NCBI GenBank assembly: GCA_964410585.1
Contig: CAYPFW010000001.1
Span: 128,001 to 192,000 of the forward strand
DNA: 64,000 bases
Direction of reading: 5' to 3'
Source of the DNA: an uncultured archaeon
GTDB taxonomy: Archaea > Aenigmatarchaeota > Aenigmatarchaeia > QMZP01 > JACQNV01
A program made the position numbers and the translations under genes. Positions 17,695 through 26,915 of the stretch are shown here, piece by piece. Each line of letters begins with the position of its first letter. Within the stretch, counting starts at the first letter, position 1. The notes beneath the pieces were generated by a model that saw only the letters and a program-made list of their open reading frames with translations, had not been told where the DNA came from and made no database searches.

Positions 17695-19572
17695 GTGGTG
17701 ACATATTTTGATATGCTTGGATATTTTTTTAAAAGACAGGATAGAGTATCCCCAAAACAGGATCAGAGAAGGCCTGTTGAATTAGATTTAAACACAGATG
17801 TAACACAGGTCTACGATTTTATTAATTCTAATGGTAGAAGCCAGGATAGACTAAATTTGGCCAGACAAAATGGAATTCAGAGAGGACATTTGGGTATTGC
17901 TTATCATGCCTCTCAAACAGCCCAAAAACCTCTTACACAAGACGAATTGTTGAGAGCGTTTAGAAATTATCTATATAGAAATAGCTCATTTTTCCCTAAA
18001 ACTAAAGATGCAGTACAGGAAGGTGTCTCAATTCAAGAAGAGGCTAAACTATCCTCAGATGAGTTTGAAGAACAATTTGTTAGAGTGGATAATCTAAGAG
18101 AGCTTTCAAGAACTAATGCTGCTCTTGGAAATTTGGAAGCTTCAAGAAATTATGAAAAGCAAGCAACAGAGCTTGAAGATAAATTGAAGGAGACGTATTC
18201 TGAAGTTGCAAATGCTGTTGCAACAACTCTTCCAGTAGGTGAGTGTTTAACAAGAGATCCTAGACAAGTTTTCACAAGATTTGATGTAAATGGTCAAAGT
18301 TTGGGTCCTGACTTTTTAGAAGAAGGTCAAGCCTTAGCATACTCTGGTTCTTCTATGGCTGTTATATTTGCTGATTTATTCAGAACAACTGCTGAAGATG
18401 AAGTTTATGAACTTGGAAAAAATGCAGCACAGATTGTTTTGAACAGAAAGCTAGGATCAATGTATGAAAGTTTTGAAGAGTTTGAAGCTGCAAATGGGAT
18501 TATTTTAGATGATAGATCAGAAGGATTAAGTGATAGAGAAAGGGCTAGAATTATTTTTGAATCTGCAAGAAGCGGGAAACCAACAAGGGCCGACATCACA
18601 GAGCACTTGGGTCAACTTCCAAAATATTCTGTTTTAGATCCTTTGCTTACATCAGACCAAAAAATTGTATCGAGGTACATGGCTTTGTTTAGACCTAAAA
18701 TTGCACAGAAGGTAAAAAGGGATCTTGGGCTAGCTGATTTTGATTTGTTTGGTGCATACGAAGAACGAGAACAAGTAAGGGAAGAACTAAAAGGATTTTT
18801 GTCTTCTGAAACAGATGCAGGGAAGGTTCCTGAAGAAAATGAGGCGTTTTCAAGAGGAATTCAGCTTGATAGAACTATCAAAAAAGCAGAATCAGCTTTC
18901 CACCTAAGAATGGAGCAGTTGAAAAGAGAAATAATGGATGATGTAAAAGAATTAGAGGATATTGCTGATTCATCAAAACTTCACCAACTTTTGAGAGTTT
19001 TAGAAAGCCCAACAATTGAAGATGCGAGAAAAAGTCTTGAGACACTAAGAAAAGCAACATACAGTTGGCTTTTGGACAAGGGCTATTTTGATTTTGTTGG
19101 AGATAAACAAGCAAATGAGTTTATAGTTGATGAATATGAAACCCAAGCAAATAGGTTCTATGAACAGGAGTTTGTTCTTGGAAAAGCTTTGGTAGAGGGC
19201 GATTTGGGTTTAGACACATTAACAAATCTAACAGAGACAGCTCAAAGAATAGAAAAAATTAGACAATTGAAAGTTGTAAAAAGAGTAGAGACAAAAGTAG
19301 GTCCATTAGTCAAACAAGAAGTTGTTGATTCTGCATATATTAATGCAGCTAATTATGGATTAGCATATTTGAATGCAGTTATTGAAAATGAGCCTGTTGA
19401 GTTTTTGGAATCTGAAACTGGAAGAAGCACAATAAAAACAGCAACAGATGCACTTGTTTGGTATGCTGATAAACTAAAAGATAAACAGACTGGATCTGTT
19501 TTAAGGCAGGCTTTGACAGAAATAGATGAGAGAATTAAAAGTAAAAAGCAAAAAGTGGCAATAAACAAGTAA
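17695..19572 (+). CDS. Hypothetical acidic alpha-helical/coiled-coil protein
   Basis: 625-aa ORF with no recognisable motif. Confidence 0.75.
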   Translation: MVTYFDMLGYFFKRQDRVSPKQDQRRPVELDLNTDVTQVYDFINSNGRSQDRLNLARQNGIQRGHLGIAYHASQTAQKPLTQDELLRAFRNYLYRNSSFFPKTKDAVQEGVSIQEEAKLSSDEFEEQFVRVDNLRELSRTNAALGNLEASRNYEKQATELEDKLKETYSEVANAVATTLPVGECLTRDPRQVFTRFDVNGQSLGPDFLEEGQALAYSGSSMAVIFADLFRTTAEDEVYELGKNAAQIVLNRKLGSMYESFEEFEAANGIILDDRSEGLSDRERARIIFESARSGKPTRADITEHLGQLPKYSVLDPLLTSDQKIVSRYMALFRPKIAQKVKRDLGLADFDLFGAYEEREQVREELKGFLSSETDAGKVPEENEAFSRGIQLDRTIKKAESAFHLRMEQLKREIMDDVKELEDIADSSKLHQLLRVLESPTIEDARKSLETLRKATYSWLLDKGYFDFVGDKQANEFIVDEYETQANRFYEQEFVLGKALVEGDLGLDTLTNLTETAQRIEKIRQLKVVKRVETKVGPLVKQEVVDSAYINAANYGLAYLNAVIENEPVEFLESETGRSTIKTATDALVWYADKLKDKQTGSVLRQALTEIDERIKSKKQKVAINK

Positions 19573-19583
19573 CGTGTACCTAG

Positions 19584-20225
19584 CTAATAAGGAAGCATAT
19601 ACGAGCTTAAATTTTTCACAGGTTTTCCTGGTATAATAAAGTGCTCTCTACATCTTGCCACATAGGCCTCGTGTGCACCTATTAAAATTATTGGTGCATC
19701 GTATGGAGCTGGTTCACCATTTATTATTCTTTGTGAATGTATTCCTTGTTTTCCGCAAATTTTTTGCTCGCCATTTGGTTTTATTGTTTTGTGTGTGCAA
19801 ATTGAAGAAAGTTTAATTACGGAATCTGCTTTTGCAAAGAGTTCGCCGATGTTTTTCTTTGAGTCTCTGAAGGGGAAAGGCTCTCCCCTAAAATCCATGC
19901 TTAGACATCCTATAATAACTCTTATTTTTCTTGCAATTAGACTATCAACAACATCCAAAGCATCTTCTCCTAAAAATTGTATTTCATCAATCCCAACAAC
20001 ATCTGCATTTCTGTACAAATATCGCAAAATATCTTTCGCGTTTACAACAGGAATAGCCTCTAGACTTCTTCCATCGTGGGAAGTTATGTGCTCTAATCCA
20101 TATCTTGTATCTATTTGTGGTTTGAAAACTTGCACATTCTGGCCAGCGATGAAAGCTCTTTTCAGCCTGCGGATAAGTTCTTCTGATTTTCCAGAAAACA
20201 TTGGGCCTGTGATCACTTCAAGCAT
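19584..20225 (-). CDS. tdk: Thymidine kinase
   Basis: GPMFSGKSEEL, FKP.IDTRY, IDEIQF, DFRGEPF, Y..RCR.H. Confidence 0.96.
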   Translation of the reverse strand: MLEVITGPMFSGKSEELIRRLKRAFIAGQNVQVFKPQIDTRYGLEHITSHDGRSLEAIPVVNAKDILRYLYRNADVVGIDEIQFLGEDALDVVDSLIARKIRVIIGCLSMDFRGEPFPFRDSKKNIGELFAKADSVIKLSSICTHKTIKPNGEQKICGKQGIHSQRIINGEPAPYDAPIILIGAHEAYVARCREHFIIPGKPVKNLSSYMLPY

Positions 20226-20252
20226 ATTTTATTTGTGATTGGATTTTATAAG

Positions 20253-20897
20253 TTAGTATGATTTTTCCACACCAACTCTTGGGCAAATTTTTTCCAATAC
20301 ACATTTAGAACAAAATGGTGTCTGTGCCTTGCAAATCTCTCTTCCATGGTAAATCATCAGTAAGGAGTATTCATCCCAATATTTTTTTGGAACCAAAGGA
20401 AGAAGATCTTGTTCAATCCTTTTTGCATCTTTGTGTTTGCTCAAACCAAGCCTATGTGCCAATCGGATATTGTGTGTGTCGATTGTTATTCCCTCCAATT
20501 TTCCAAAACAAGTAGCCAAAACAACTGTAGCTATTTTTCTTCCTATCCCAGGAAGCTCGATCAAATCTTCATATTTGTCTGGAACTTGGCCTTTATGCCT
20601 TTCAACTAAAATCTCACATGTTTTTTTGATGTTCCTAGCTTTCCCTTTATACAAACCTAAAGTTTTAATGTATTTCTCAATTTCTTCAATAGGCGCCCGA
20701 GCAAAATCTTTTGGAGTTTTAAACCTAGAAAAAAGAGCCGGTGTCACCTTATTTACAGCCGCATCTGAACACTGCGCAGAAAGCATAGCAGAAACCATCA
20801 TTTGAAAATTATTTTTGAAGTTTAGATTACATTCCACATTTGGATATTGATTTTGGAGAAGTTGCATGATTTTTGAAACTTTGGTTTTTTGGTCCAT
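20253..20897 (-). CDS. nth: Endonuclease III
   Basis: LSAQCSD, HhH LPGIGRK, IDTH, C-x6-C-x2-C-x5-C cluster motif. Confidence 0.96.
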   Translation of the reverse strand: MDQKTKVSKIMQLLQNQYPNVECNLNFKNNFQMMVSAMLSAQCSDAAVNKVTPALFSRFKTPKDFARAPIEEIEKYIKTLGLYKGKARNIKKTCEILVERHKGQVPDKYEDLIELPGIGRKIATVVLATCFGKLEGITIDTHNIRLAHRLGLSKHKDAKRIEQDLLPLVPKKYWDEYSLLMIYHGREICKAQTPFCSKCVLEKICPRVGVEKSY

Positions 20898-20946
20898 ACT
20901 ATTACTTGGTATCGGCTTTTTAAACTAATTGTTTATTATATTTGCT

Positions 20947-21336
20947 ATGTCAGAAAATCCTCAAGAGCCAAAGAAGCTCAAAAAGTCTCAAATACCAGAC
21001 GCAGTAAAAGGTGACAAAACAAGAACAGACTATGATGTGACCTATGAGCACGATAGGACAAAGAAAAAAATCTGGAAGCTGAGAATTATTTACAACAAAA
21101 AGGGTTGTGTAGCTTCTGGACACTGTGTTTTGTCTGATCCTTACAATTTTGAACTAGACGAAGAGTTTAAGGCGATTTTGAAAGAAGGTAAGCCTTTAAG
21201 CGGCGTCCAGCAAGGTGTTTTTGTGAAAGAAATAGAAACAGATGCTCCACATTTAATTTTGAACGCAGCCAAAACATGCACACCCCGAGTTATAGCTGTT
21301 ATTGACAAAGAAACCGGGAAGAGAATTGCACCTTAG
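20947..21336 (+). CDS. Monocluster ferredoxin-like protein with N-terminal extension
   Basis: CVASGHC...AAKTC..VI. Confidence 0.75.
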   Translation: MSENPQEPKKLKKSQIPDAVKGDKTRTDYDVTYEHDRTKKKIWKLRIIYNKKGCVASGHCVLSDPYNFELDEEFKAILKEGKPLSGVQQGVFVKEIETDAPHLILNAAKTCTPRVIAVIDKETGKRIAP

Positions 21337-21398
21337 TGTTTCGACTTTTAAAATATATAAATACCATTTACAATGTATAGTATTTTTCGGAGGATAAT

Positions 21399-21671
21399 AT
21401 GAGTTTTCCTAAAGAGATAAAAATGGTCTACGATAGGAATGGTTGCATAGGTGCAGCAGCTTGCGCAGCAATAAATCCAGAAGATTTTGTGATGAATGAT
21501 GATGGAAAAGCTGATTTGGTTCAAGCAAAGAAAGAAGGCGATAAATTCATAAAAATTTTACATGTTCCAAATCAGGACTTATTAGATAAAATAGTTGATT
21601 CTGCAAAAGGATGCCCTGTTGATGTCATCGAGGTCTGGGATGTGAAAGAGAACAAAAAATTGGCACCCTAA
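21399..21671 (+). CDS. Monocluster ([3Fe-4S]-type) ferredoxin
   Basis: CIGAAAC...CPVDVI. Confidence 0.88.
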   Translation: MSFPKEIKMVYDRNGCIGAAACAAINPEDFVMNDDGKADLVQAKKEGDKFIKILHVPNQDLLDKIVDSAKGCPVDVIEVWDVKENKKLAP

Positions 21672-21717
21672 TATTAATTCTGTACTATATTTTTAAGTCG
21701 GTTATCAAATTTACTTG

Positions 21718-22161
21718 ATGAGAAATGAAAAGTCGGCTGGTGCTGTTGTTTTTAGGAAAGATAATGATAAAATTATATATCTTCTTCTTCACTATGCGTC
21801 TGGACATTGGGATTTTCCCAAAGGACATATAGAGAACCAAGAAACAGAGGAGCAGACAACTAAAAGAGAAATAAAAGAGGAAACTGGGATAGATGACGTT
21901 GAGTTTGTTACAGGTTTTAGAGATCCTATAAAATATTTTTTCAGAGCAAAAGGTGAGATGATAAATAAGACAGTTGTTTTCTTTTTAGTCGAAACAAAAA
22001 CAGAGGAAGTGAAAATTTCATTTGAGCACAAAGGCTTCAAGTGGCTGGAATACCCAGAAGCTCACAAAGAACTGACTTTCAAGAATGCAAAAGATACACT
22101 TCAAAAAGCAGATGAATTTTTGAAAGGAAAAGGAAGTTTGAGAGGATTTTTGAAATCCTAA
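21718..22161 (+). CDS. NUDIX hydrolase (Ap4A hydrolase-like)
   Basis: SAGAVV, HWDFPKGH, REIKEETG, SFEH. Confidence 0.9.
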   Translation: MRNEKSAGAVVFRKDNDKIIYLLLHYASGHWDFPKGHIENQETEEQTTKREIKEETGIDDVEFVTGFRDPIKYFFRAKGEMINKTVVFFLVETKTEEVKISFEHKGFKWLEYPEAHKELTFKNAKDTLQKADEFLKGKGSLRGFLKS

Positions 22162-22183
22162 TTTTATTTCACTTTCTGAATCA

Positions 22184-23395
22184 TTATTTCTTCAAAAGAA
22201 TCAGTTGATCTTGCCTTTTATTTAGTATTTCTGGAGGACCTTCTGTGACTAAAACATCATACTCTGAAGATATTCTTCCTTGTCTCCCTTGTGGATCTAT
22301 AACACTTGGTTCAGAAGTCAATACCATGTTAGGCTCAAGAGGTCTGAACGGTTTGTTTCCATATTTAGGCATAGGTGATGCTGCAAGTGGTCCTATTCCA
22401 TGAGCCCCTTCTGCTGACAGAGAGTGACCTAAAGCATGATTAAATTCAACATAGCCTGCTTCAACTATTAAACTTCTTCCAGCCGCATCAACTTCAACGC
22501 CTTTTACACCGGGAACCATTTTTGTTATTGAAGCATCTCTTGCTCTAGCTTGTAATCTAAACATTTCCTCAACTCTTCTTGTTTCACTTTCTGAATTTGA
22601 ATCCGGAAGGAAGTATGTTCTCTGCAAATCAGCTGGCATGTTTGTTTCAGGATCCTTTACACCAAAATCAGTAAACACAACATAACCTGGTGTTATGACA
22701 TCATTTCCTGGAAGGTGGTGTCCTCTCACAGAATTATTTTTAACAGCAACTATAGGACAGGAGGCTGCTGCCCAAGATGGTTTTACTCCTCTTCTTTCCA
22801 TTTCTCTGTGGAAAAATTCAGCAACTTCTCTTTCTGTTTTCCCTTCTTTTAAAACATATTGTTCAGCTGCATCAAATATCTCGTCTGTAACTTTGACAGC
22901 TCTTCTTAATCCTTCTATTTCAGCTTGAGTTCTTCTTGCAAATGCTGAGTACAAAACATCTTCACTTTTTTCAGAATCTAGTGTGACTCCTGTATCTTGA
23001 AAGGCTTTTGAAAGTTTAAGGTACATTCCATATGTCAATGTATCAATGACACTTATATCGCCAGAAACAGACAAACCCAGTTTTGTAATGCCTACATTTT
23101 GTACTGCATCTGCAACAGATTTTGCTGGATCTTCATGATATTGGCGCTCGACAACATCAAACACTTCTCTAGGAACATTTCCAGCATCATGAACGCCAGC
23201 TACAACAATTGGTCTTTTTCCAGGTGTAACAATTATAGCGTGTTCACCTGATAATCCAGCACCAATAAGTTGATACATTAAATGATCTTCATGTTCTACT
23301 TCTCTACCAAAAAAAGCTAACCCATCTAATCCATGTGCAGATAATCCTTCTGCAATCATTGCAAGTCTATATGCTGCTCTTTCCTTATTCATCAC
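22184..23395 (-). CDS. M24 (Xaa-Pro) aminopeptidase, Lys-poor class
   Basis: Metal ligands in DFG, ADLQRT, HALGH, SEP, SEYD. Confidence 0.88.
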   Translation of the reverse strand: MMNKERAAYRLAMIAEGLSAHGLDGLAFFGREVEHEDHLMYQLIGAGLSGEHAIIVTPGKRPIVVAGVHDAGNVPREVFDVVERQYHEDPAKSVADAVQNVGITKLGLSVSGDISVIDTLTYGMYLKLSKAFQDTGVTLDSEKSEDVLYSAFARRTQAEIEGLRRAVKVTDEIFDAAEQYVLKEGKTEREVAEFFHREMERRGVKPSWAAASCPIVAVKNNSVRGHHLPGNDVITPGYVVFTDFGVKDPETNMPADLQRTYFLPDSNSESETRRVEEMFRLQARARDASITKMVPGVKGVEVDAAGRSLIVEAGYVEFNHALGHSLSAEGAHGIGPLAASPMPKYGNKPFRPLEPNMVLTSEPSVIDPQGRQGRISSEYDVLVTEGPPEILNKRQDQLILLKK

Positions 23396-23460
23396 TTTAT
23401 TTCGTACTAAGTTTTAAATAAGTTGATGGTTTATTTACTCGCTTAACCAAATATCAATTG

Positions 23461-25182
23461 ATGTCAAATAACAAAAAAATAGCCGAGCTTTTTTACCAAA
23501 TGTCTGAGATATTGGAGATTCAAAATTTAGTATGGGAATCTCGAGCATATCAAAAGGCCGCAAGGACAATAGAATCTCTTTCAAAGGATGTTTCTGAAAT
23601 CTACAAGCAGGGTGGAATAGACGCCTTGATGGAAATTCCGGGAATTGGAGAAGGCTTGGCAAAAAAAATCGAACAGTTCTTGCAAACAGGAAAAATAAAA
23701 AAATACGAAGAAGTTTTAAAATCAGTTCCCAAAGGCTTAGTTCAAATGATGAATATTCCTGGAATGGGCCCAAAAAAAGCTTCCAAACTTTACAATATTT
23801 TGAAAATCGATTCTATAGAAAGCCTTGAGAAAGCAGCAAAACAAGGCAAGATAAGAGCCTTGGAAGGGTTTGGGGAAAAATCAGAAAAAGATCTTTTAGT
23901 AGGAATAGAGCTTCTGAAAAAAAGCGGGGAAAGGATGTTCATTGGAGAGGCACTCAAACTTTCAAGGGAAATTATCGAATACTTAAAAAAGAATTGCAAG
24001 TCTATACAAAAAATAGAAGTTGCTGGTTCTGTGAGAAGAGGAAAAGAAACAATAGGCGACATTGACATTTTAGCTATTTCAGAAAAACCGCAAGAAGTGA
24101 TGCAAGTTTTCACTACGATGCCAAACGTTTTTAGGATAGAAAGCAAGGGCGACACAAAATCTACAGTAAATTTGAAAGAGGGTCTTGATTGCGATTTAAG
24201 GGTTTTGAAACCAGAAAGCTTTGGAGCGGCTTTGAATTATTTTACTGGTTCAAAAGAACACAATGTCCACTTGAGACAAATTGCAATGTCAAAGGGTTGG
24301 AAACTCTCTGAGTATGGTCTTTTCGAAAAAACAGGAAAACAGATAGCTGGAAAAACAGAAGAAGAATTATATCAAAAATTAGGCCTTCAGTATATTGATC
24401 CTAAAATGAGGGAAAATATGGGAGAAATAGAGCTTGCACAAAAGAACCAGTTGCCAAAATTAATTTCTTACAATTCGATAAAAGGTGATCTCCATGTTCA
24501 TACAAATTTCTCAGATGGTTCTTATTCTCCTGAAGACATGGTGAAAAAAGCAGTTGACATTGGATATGACTACATTGCAATCACAGACCATTCAAAAGCA
24601 GAAAGAGTTGCCAATGGAATGGATGAAAAAAAAGTTTTGGAATATATTGAACATCTGGAAAAACTTCAGAAAAAATTCCCCAAAATACATATACTGAAAG
24701 GCTCCGAAGTAAGCATACTAAAGGACGGAAAATTGGATTTTTCAAAAAAAGTTTTAGATGGTCTAGATTTTGTTATTGCGGCTATCCATTCTGGTTTCAA
24801 AATGCCTGAAAAAGAAATGACAAAAAGAGTGCTCACGGCTTTAGATTCTGGGTTTGTAAATGTTTTGGCTCATCCAACAGGAAGAATTGTGAACAAAAGA
24901 AACTCATTTGAAATAAATTTGGATAAAGTTTTTGAAAAGGCTAAAAATATGGGAGTTTTCATGGAAATTAATTCAAATTGGAGGCTTGATTTGAGCGATT
25001 TTAACATAAAAAAAGCAAAATCCTTTGGCCTAAAATTTTGTGTGAACACAGATGCCCATTCAACAGATCAAATGGATTTGATGGAGCTTGGAGTATCTCA
25101 AGCAAGAAGAGGTTGGCTCGAAGAAAAAGATGTTGTAAATACATATCAGTGGAAGAGTTTCGAAAAGTTAATCAAAAAGTAA
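23461..25182 (+). CDS. polX: DNA polymerase X with PHP domain
   Basis: AGSVRR..ETIGDIDIL, YFTGSKEHN, PHP motifs DLHVHT, ITDHS, AHPTGR, NTDAH. Confidence 0.96.
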   Translation: MSNNKKIAELFYQMSEILEIQNLVWESRAYQKAARTIESLSKDVSEIYKQGGIDALMEIPGIGEGLAKKIEQFLQTGKIKKYEEVLKSVPKGLVQMMNIPGMGPKKASKLYNILKIDSIESLEKAAKQGKIRALEGFGEKSEKDLLVGIELLKKSGERMFIGEALKLSREIIEYLKKNCKSIQKIEVAGSVRRGKETIGDIDILAISEKPQEVMQVFTTMPNVFRIESKGDTKSTVNLKEGLDCDLRVLKPESFGAALNYFTGSKEHNVHLRQIAMSKGWKLSEYGLFEKTGKQIAGKTEEELYQKLGLQYIDPKMRENMGEIELAQKNQLPKLISYNSIKGDLHVHTNFSDGSYSPEDMVKKAVDIGYDYIAITDHSKAERVANGMDEKKVLEYIEHLEKLQKKFPKIHILKGSEVSILKDGKLDFSKKVLDGLDFVIAAIHSGFKMPEKEMTKRVLTALDSGFVNVLAHPTGRIVNKRNSFEINLDKVFEKAKNMGVFMEINSNWRLDLSDFNIKKAKSFGLKFCVNTDAHSTDQMDLMELGVSQARRGWLEEKDVVNTYQWKSFEKLIKK

Positions 25183-25213
25183 TCTTTATATTATTAATTG
25201 AACAATCTAGATT

Positions 25214-25546
25214 ATGCGACTTGTAAAAATTGATTCTGTCCAACAGGCTGAAGAAGAAATGAGAAAAGTTAAATCTGATGGGATCGAAAAAATGGCCACA
25301 AAAGCTGTTTTCCGTGTTGTAAAAATAGATAGACTTCACCAATCGCATGCAAATACAATAAAAAAAGAGATGCTAAATGTTGGCGGAGATGCTGCTATAT
25401 CCTTAGATGCTTGGAACAAAAAAGATTGTGCAACTGACGTTCTTTTGTTTGGAACACTAAAACAATTCGAAGATCTGATGCCAGGCTTAGAAAAGAACGG
25501 TCTTTTCCCAATAGGCAAACAAATCAAAAACTTGATCATATACTAA
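25214..25546 (+). CDS. Stand-alone homolog of the N-terminal accessory domain of some dihydropteroate synthases
   Basis: ANTIKKEMLNVGGDAAI...TDVLLFGTLKQ. Confidence 0.6.
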   Translation: MRLVKIDSVQQAEEEMRKVKSDGIEKMATKAVFRVVKIDRLHQSHANTIKKEMLNVGGDAAISLDAWNKKDCATDVLLFGTLKQFEDLMPGLEKNGLFPIGKQIKNLIIY

Positions 25547-25576
25547 CTTTTAAAACGATTTTGTTCTATATTCAAT

Positions 25577-26263
25577 ATGTTTCTAAAAGGAAAAGTAGCT
25601 ATAGTCACAGGTTCTGGAAGAGGAATAGGAAAATCAATAGCCTTGGAATTAGCCAAGCAAGGATGCAAAGTTGTTGTGACATCGAGGACAAAAAAAGAAA
25701 TAGATGAAACAGTAAAAGAAATTTCCTATGATGCTCTTGGAATTATTTCTGATGTGTCTGACTATAATTCTGTGAAAAAGATTGTTGGTGAAACAATAAA
25801 GAAATTTGGTAAAATAGACATACTTGTAAACAATGCAGGATTAGCTGTAAGAAAACACTTCAGTCAAACAGAAAAAGAAGAATGGGATAAGATGGTTGAT
25901 GTGAATCTGAAAGGTGCATTTAATTTTACAAAAGAAGTTTTGCCCATCATGCTCATACAAAAGTCTGGATGGATAATAAATATTTCATCAGGAGCCGGGA
26001 AAACAGGGATACCTGGGCTCTCTGTTTACTCTGCGACAAAATTTGGTTTAATTGGTTTTACAGAAGCACTTGCTCAAGAAGTGGAAAATGATGGAGTAAA
26101 AGTTTATTGTGTTTGTCCAGGATCAACAGATACAAAGATGTACAGGGATCTTTTCCCAGGATCTGAAGCTGTCTCAAAACCAGAAGACATAGCTGAAGTT
26201 GTACTAAAGCTTTGTAAGCCAGACTGCAAAACAGAAAACGGATCTATAGTTAATGTATTCTGA
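25577..26263 (+). CDS. Short-chain dehydrogenase/reductase
   Basis: TGSGRGIG, NNAG, YSATK. Confidence 0.95.
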   Translation: MFLKGKVAIVTGSGRGIGKSIALELAKQGCKVVVTSRTKKEIDETVKEISYDALGIISDVSDYNSVKKIVGETIKKFGKIDILVNNAGLAVRKHFSQTEKEEWDKMVDVNLKGAFNFTKEVLPIMLIQKSGWIINISSGAGKTGIPGLSVYSATKFGLIGFTEALAQEVENDGVKVYCVCPGSTDTKMYRDLFPGSEAVSKPEDIAEVVLKLCKPDCKTENGSIVNVF

Positions 26264-26313
26264 TGCGGCAGTTTTGCAATCTTTTTATATACTCCGATTA
26301 AACAATATAACAT

Positions 26314-26517
26314 ATGACATTATCTTTGTTGGCCATGGAAAAAATTTTGAGAAAAGCAGGTGCACCAAGAGTTTCAAAGGATGCTGCAAAAGAAATGGCT
26401 CTGGTTCTTGAAGATGTTGGGGATATAATTGCAAAAGATGCAATTGAGTTTGCAAGGCACGCAAACAGGAAAACAATATTAGGGAACGATGTTAAATTGG
26501 CTAAGAAAAAGTTTTGA
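26314..26517 (+). CDS. Archaeal histone (HMf-like)
   Basis: RKAGAPRVSKDA...HANRKTI..DV histone fold. Confidence 0.95.
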   Translation: MTLSLLAMEKILRKAGAPRVSKDAAKEMALVLEDVGDIIAKDAIEFARHANRKTILGNDVKLAKKKF

Positions 26518-26633
26518 TCTCTTTAAGCGTTTCCTATTTATAAAGCTTGTTCTTTGGAGGATATTTAAAAGACCGAACTAATTATGCTATTAATTTTATA
26601 AAAAAGGAGGTTGAAAAGGGGGTTTCCTAATTT

Positions 26634-26777
26634 ATGCCAAAAGGATATTGTGTTAAATGTAAGAAAAAGAACGTCGAAATGAAAAACGCAAAATCTGTCA
26701 AACTAAAAAATGGCAGAGCTGCAACAAAGGGCGAATGTCCGCACTGTGGAACAAAAATGTTCAGAATCGGTGGTTAG
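26634..26777 (+). CDS. DUF5679-family small Zn-ribbon protein (47 aa; not in the ORF track)
   Basis: MPKGYCVKCKKKNVEMKNAKSVKLKNGRAATKGECPHCGTKMFRIGG; SD AGGAGG upstream. Confidence 0.88.
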   Translation: MPKGYCVKCKKKNVEMKNAKSVKLKNGRAATKGECPHCGTKMFRIGG

Positions 26778-26915
26778 GTTTTTAAATTTTTTGCTTTTGG
26801 GGATTCATTTGAATTCCCTGAAAGTACTGTTTCTATTATTTTTTCTTGTCAATAAGACCAAACTACGTCGAAGCTATATAAGCAGGTTTTCTATATCTTT
26901 CTATTGGTGATATGT

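Noticed and set aside
26710-26910. 66-aa ORF from the track
   Set aside because: It overlaps the better-supported DUF5679 gene in another frame.
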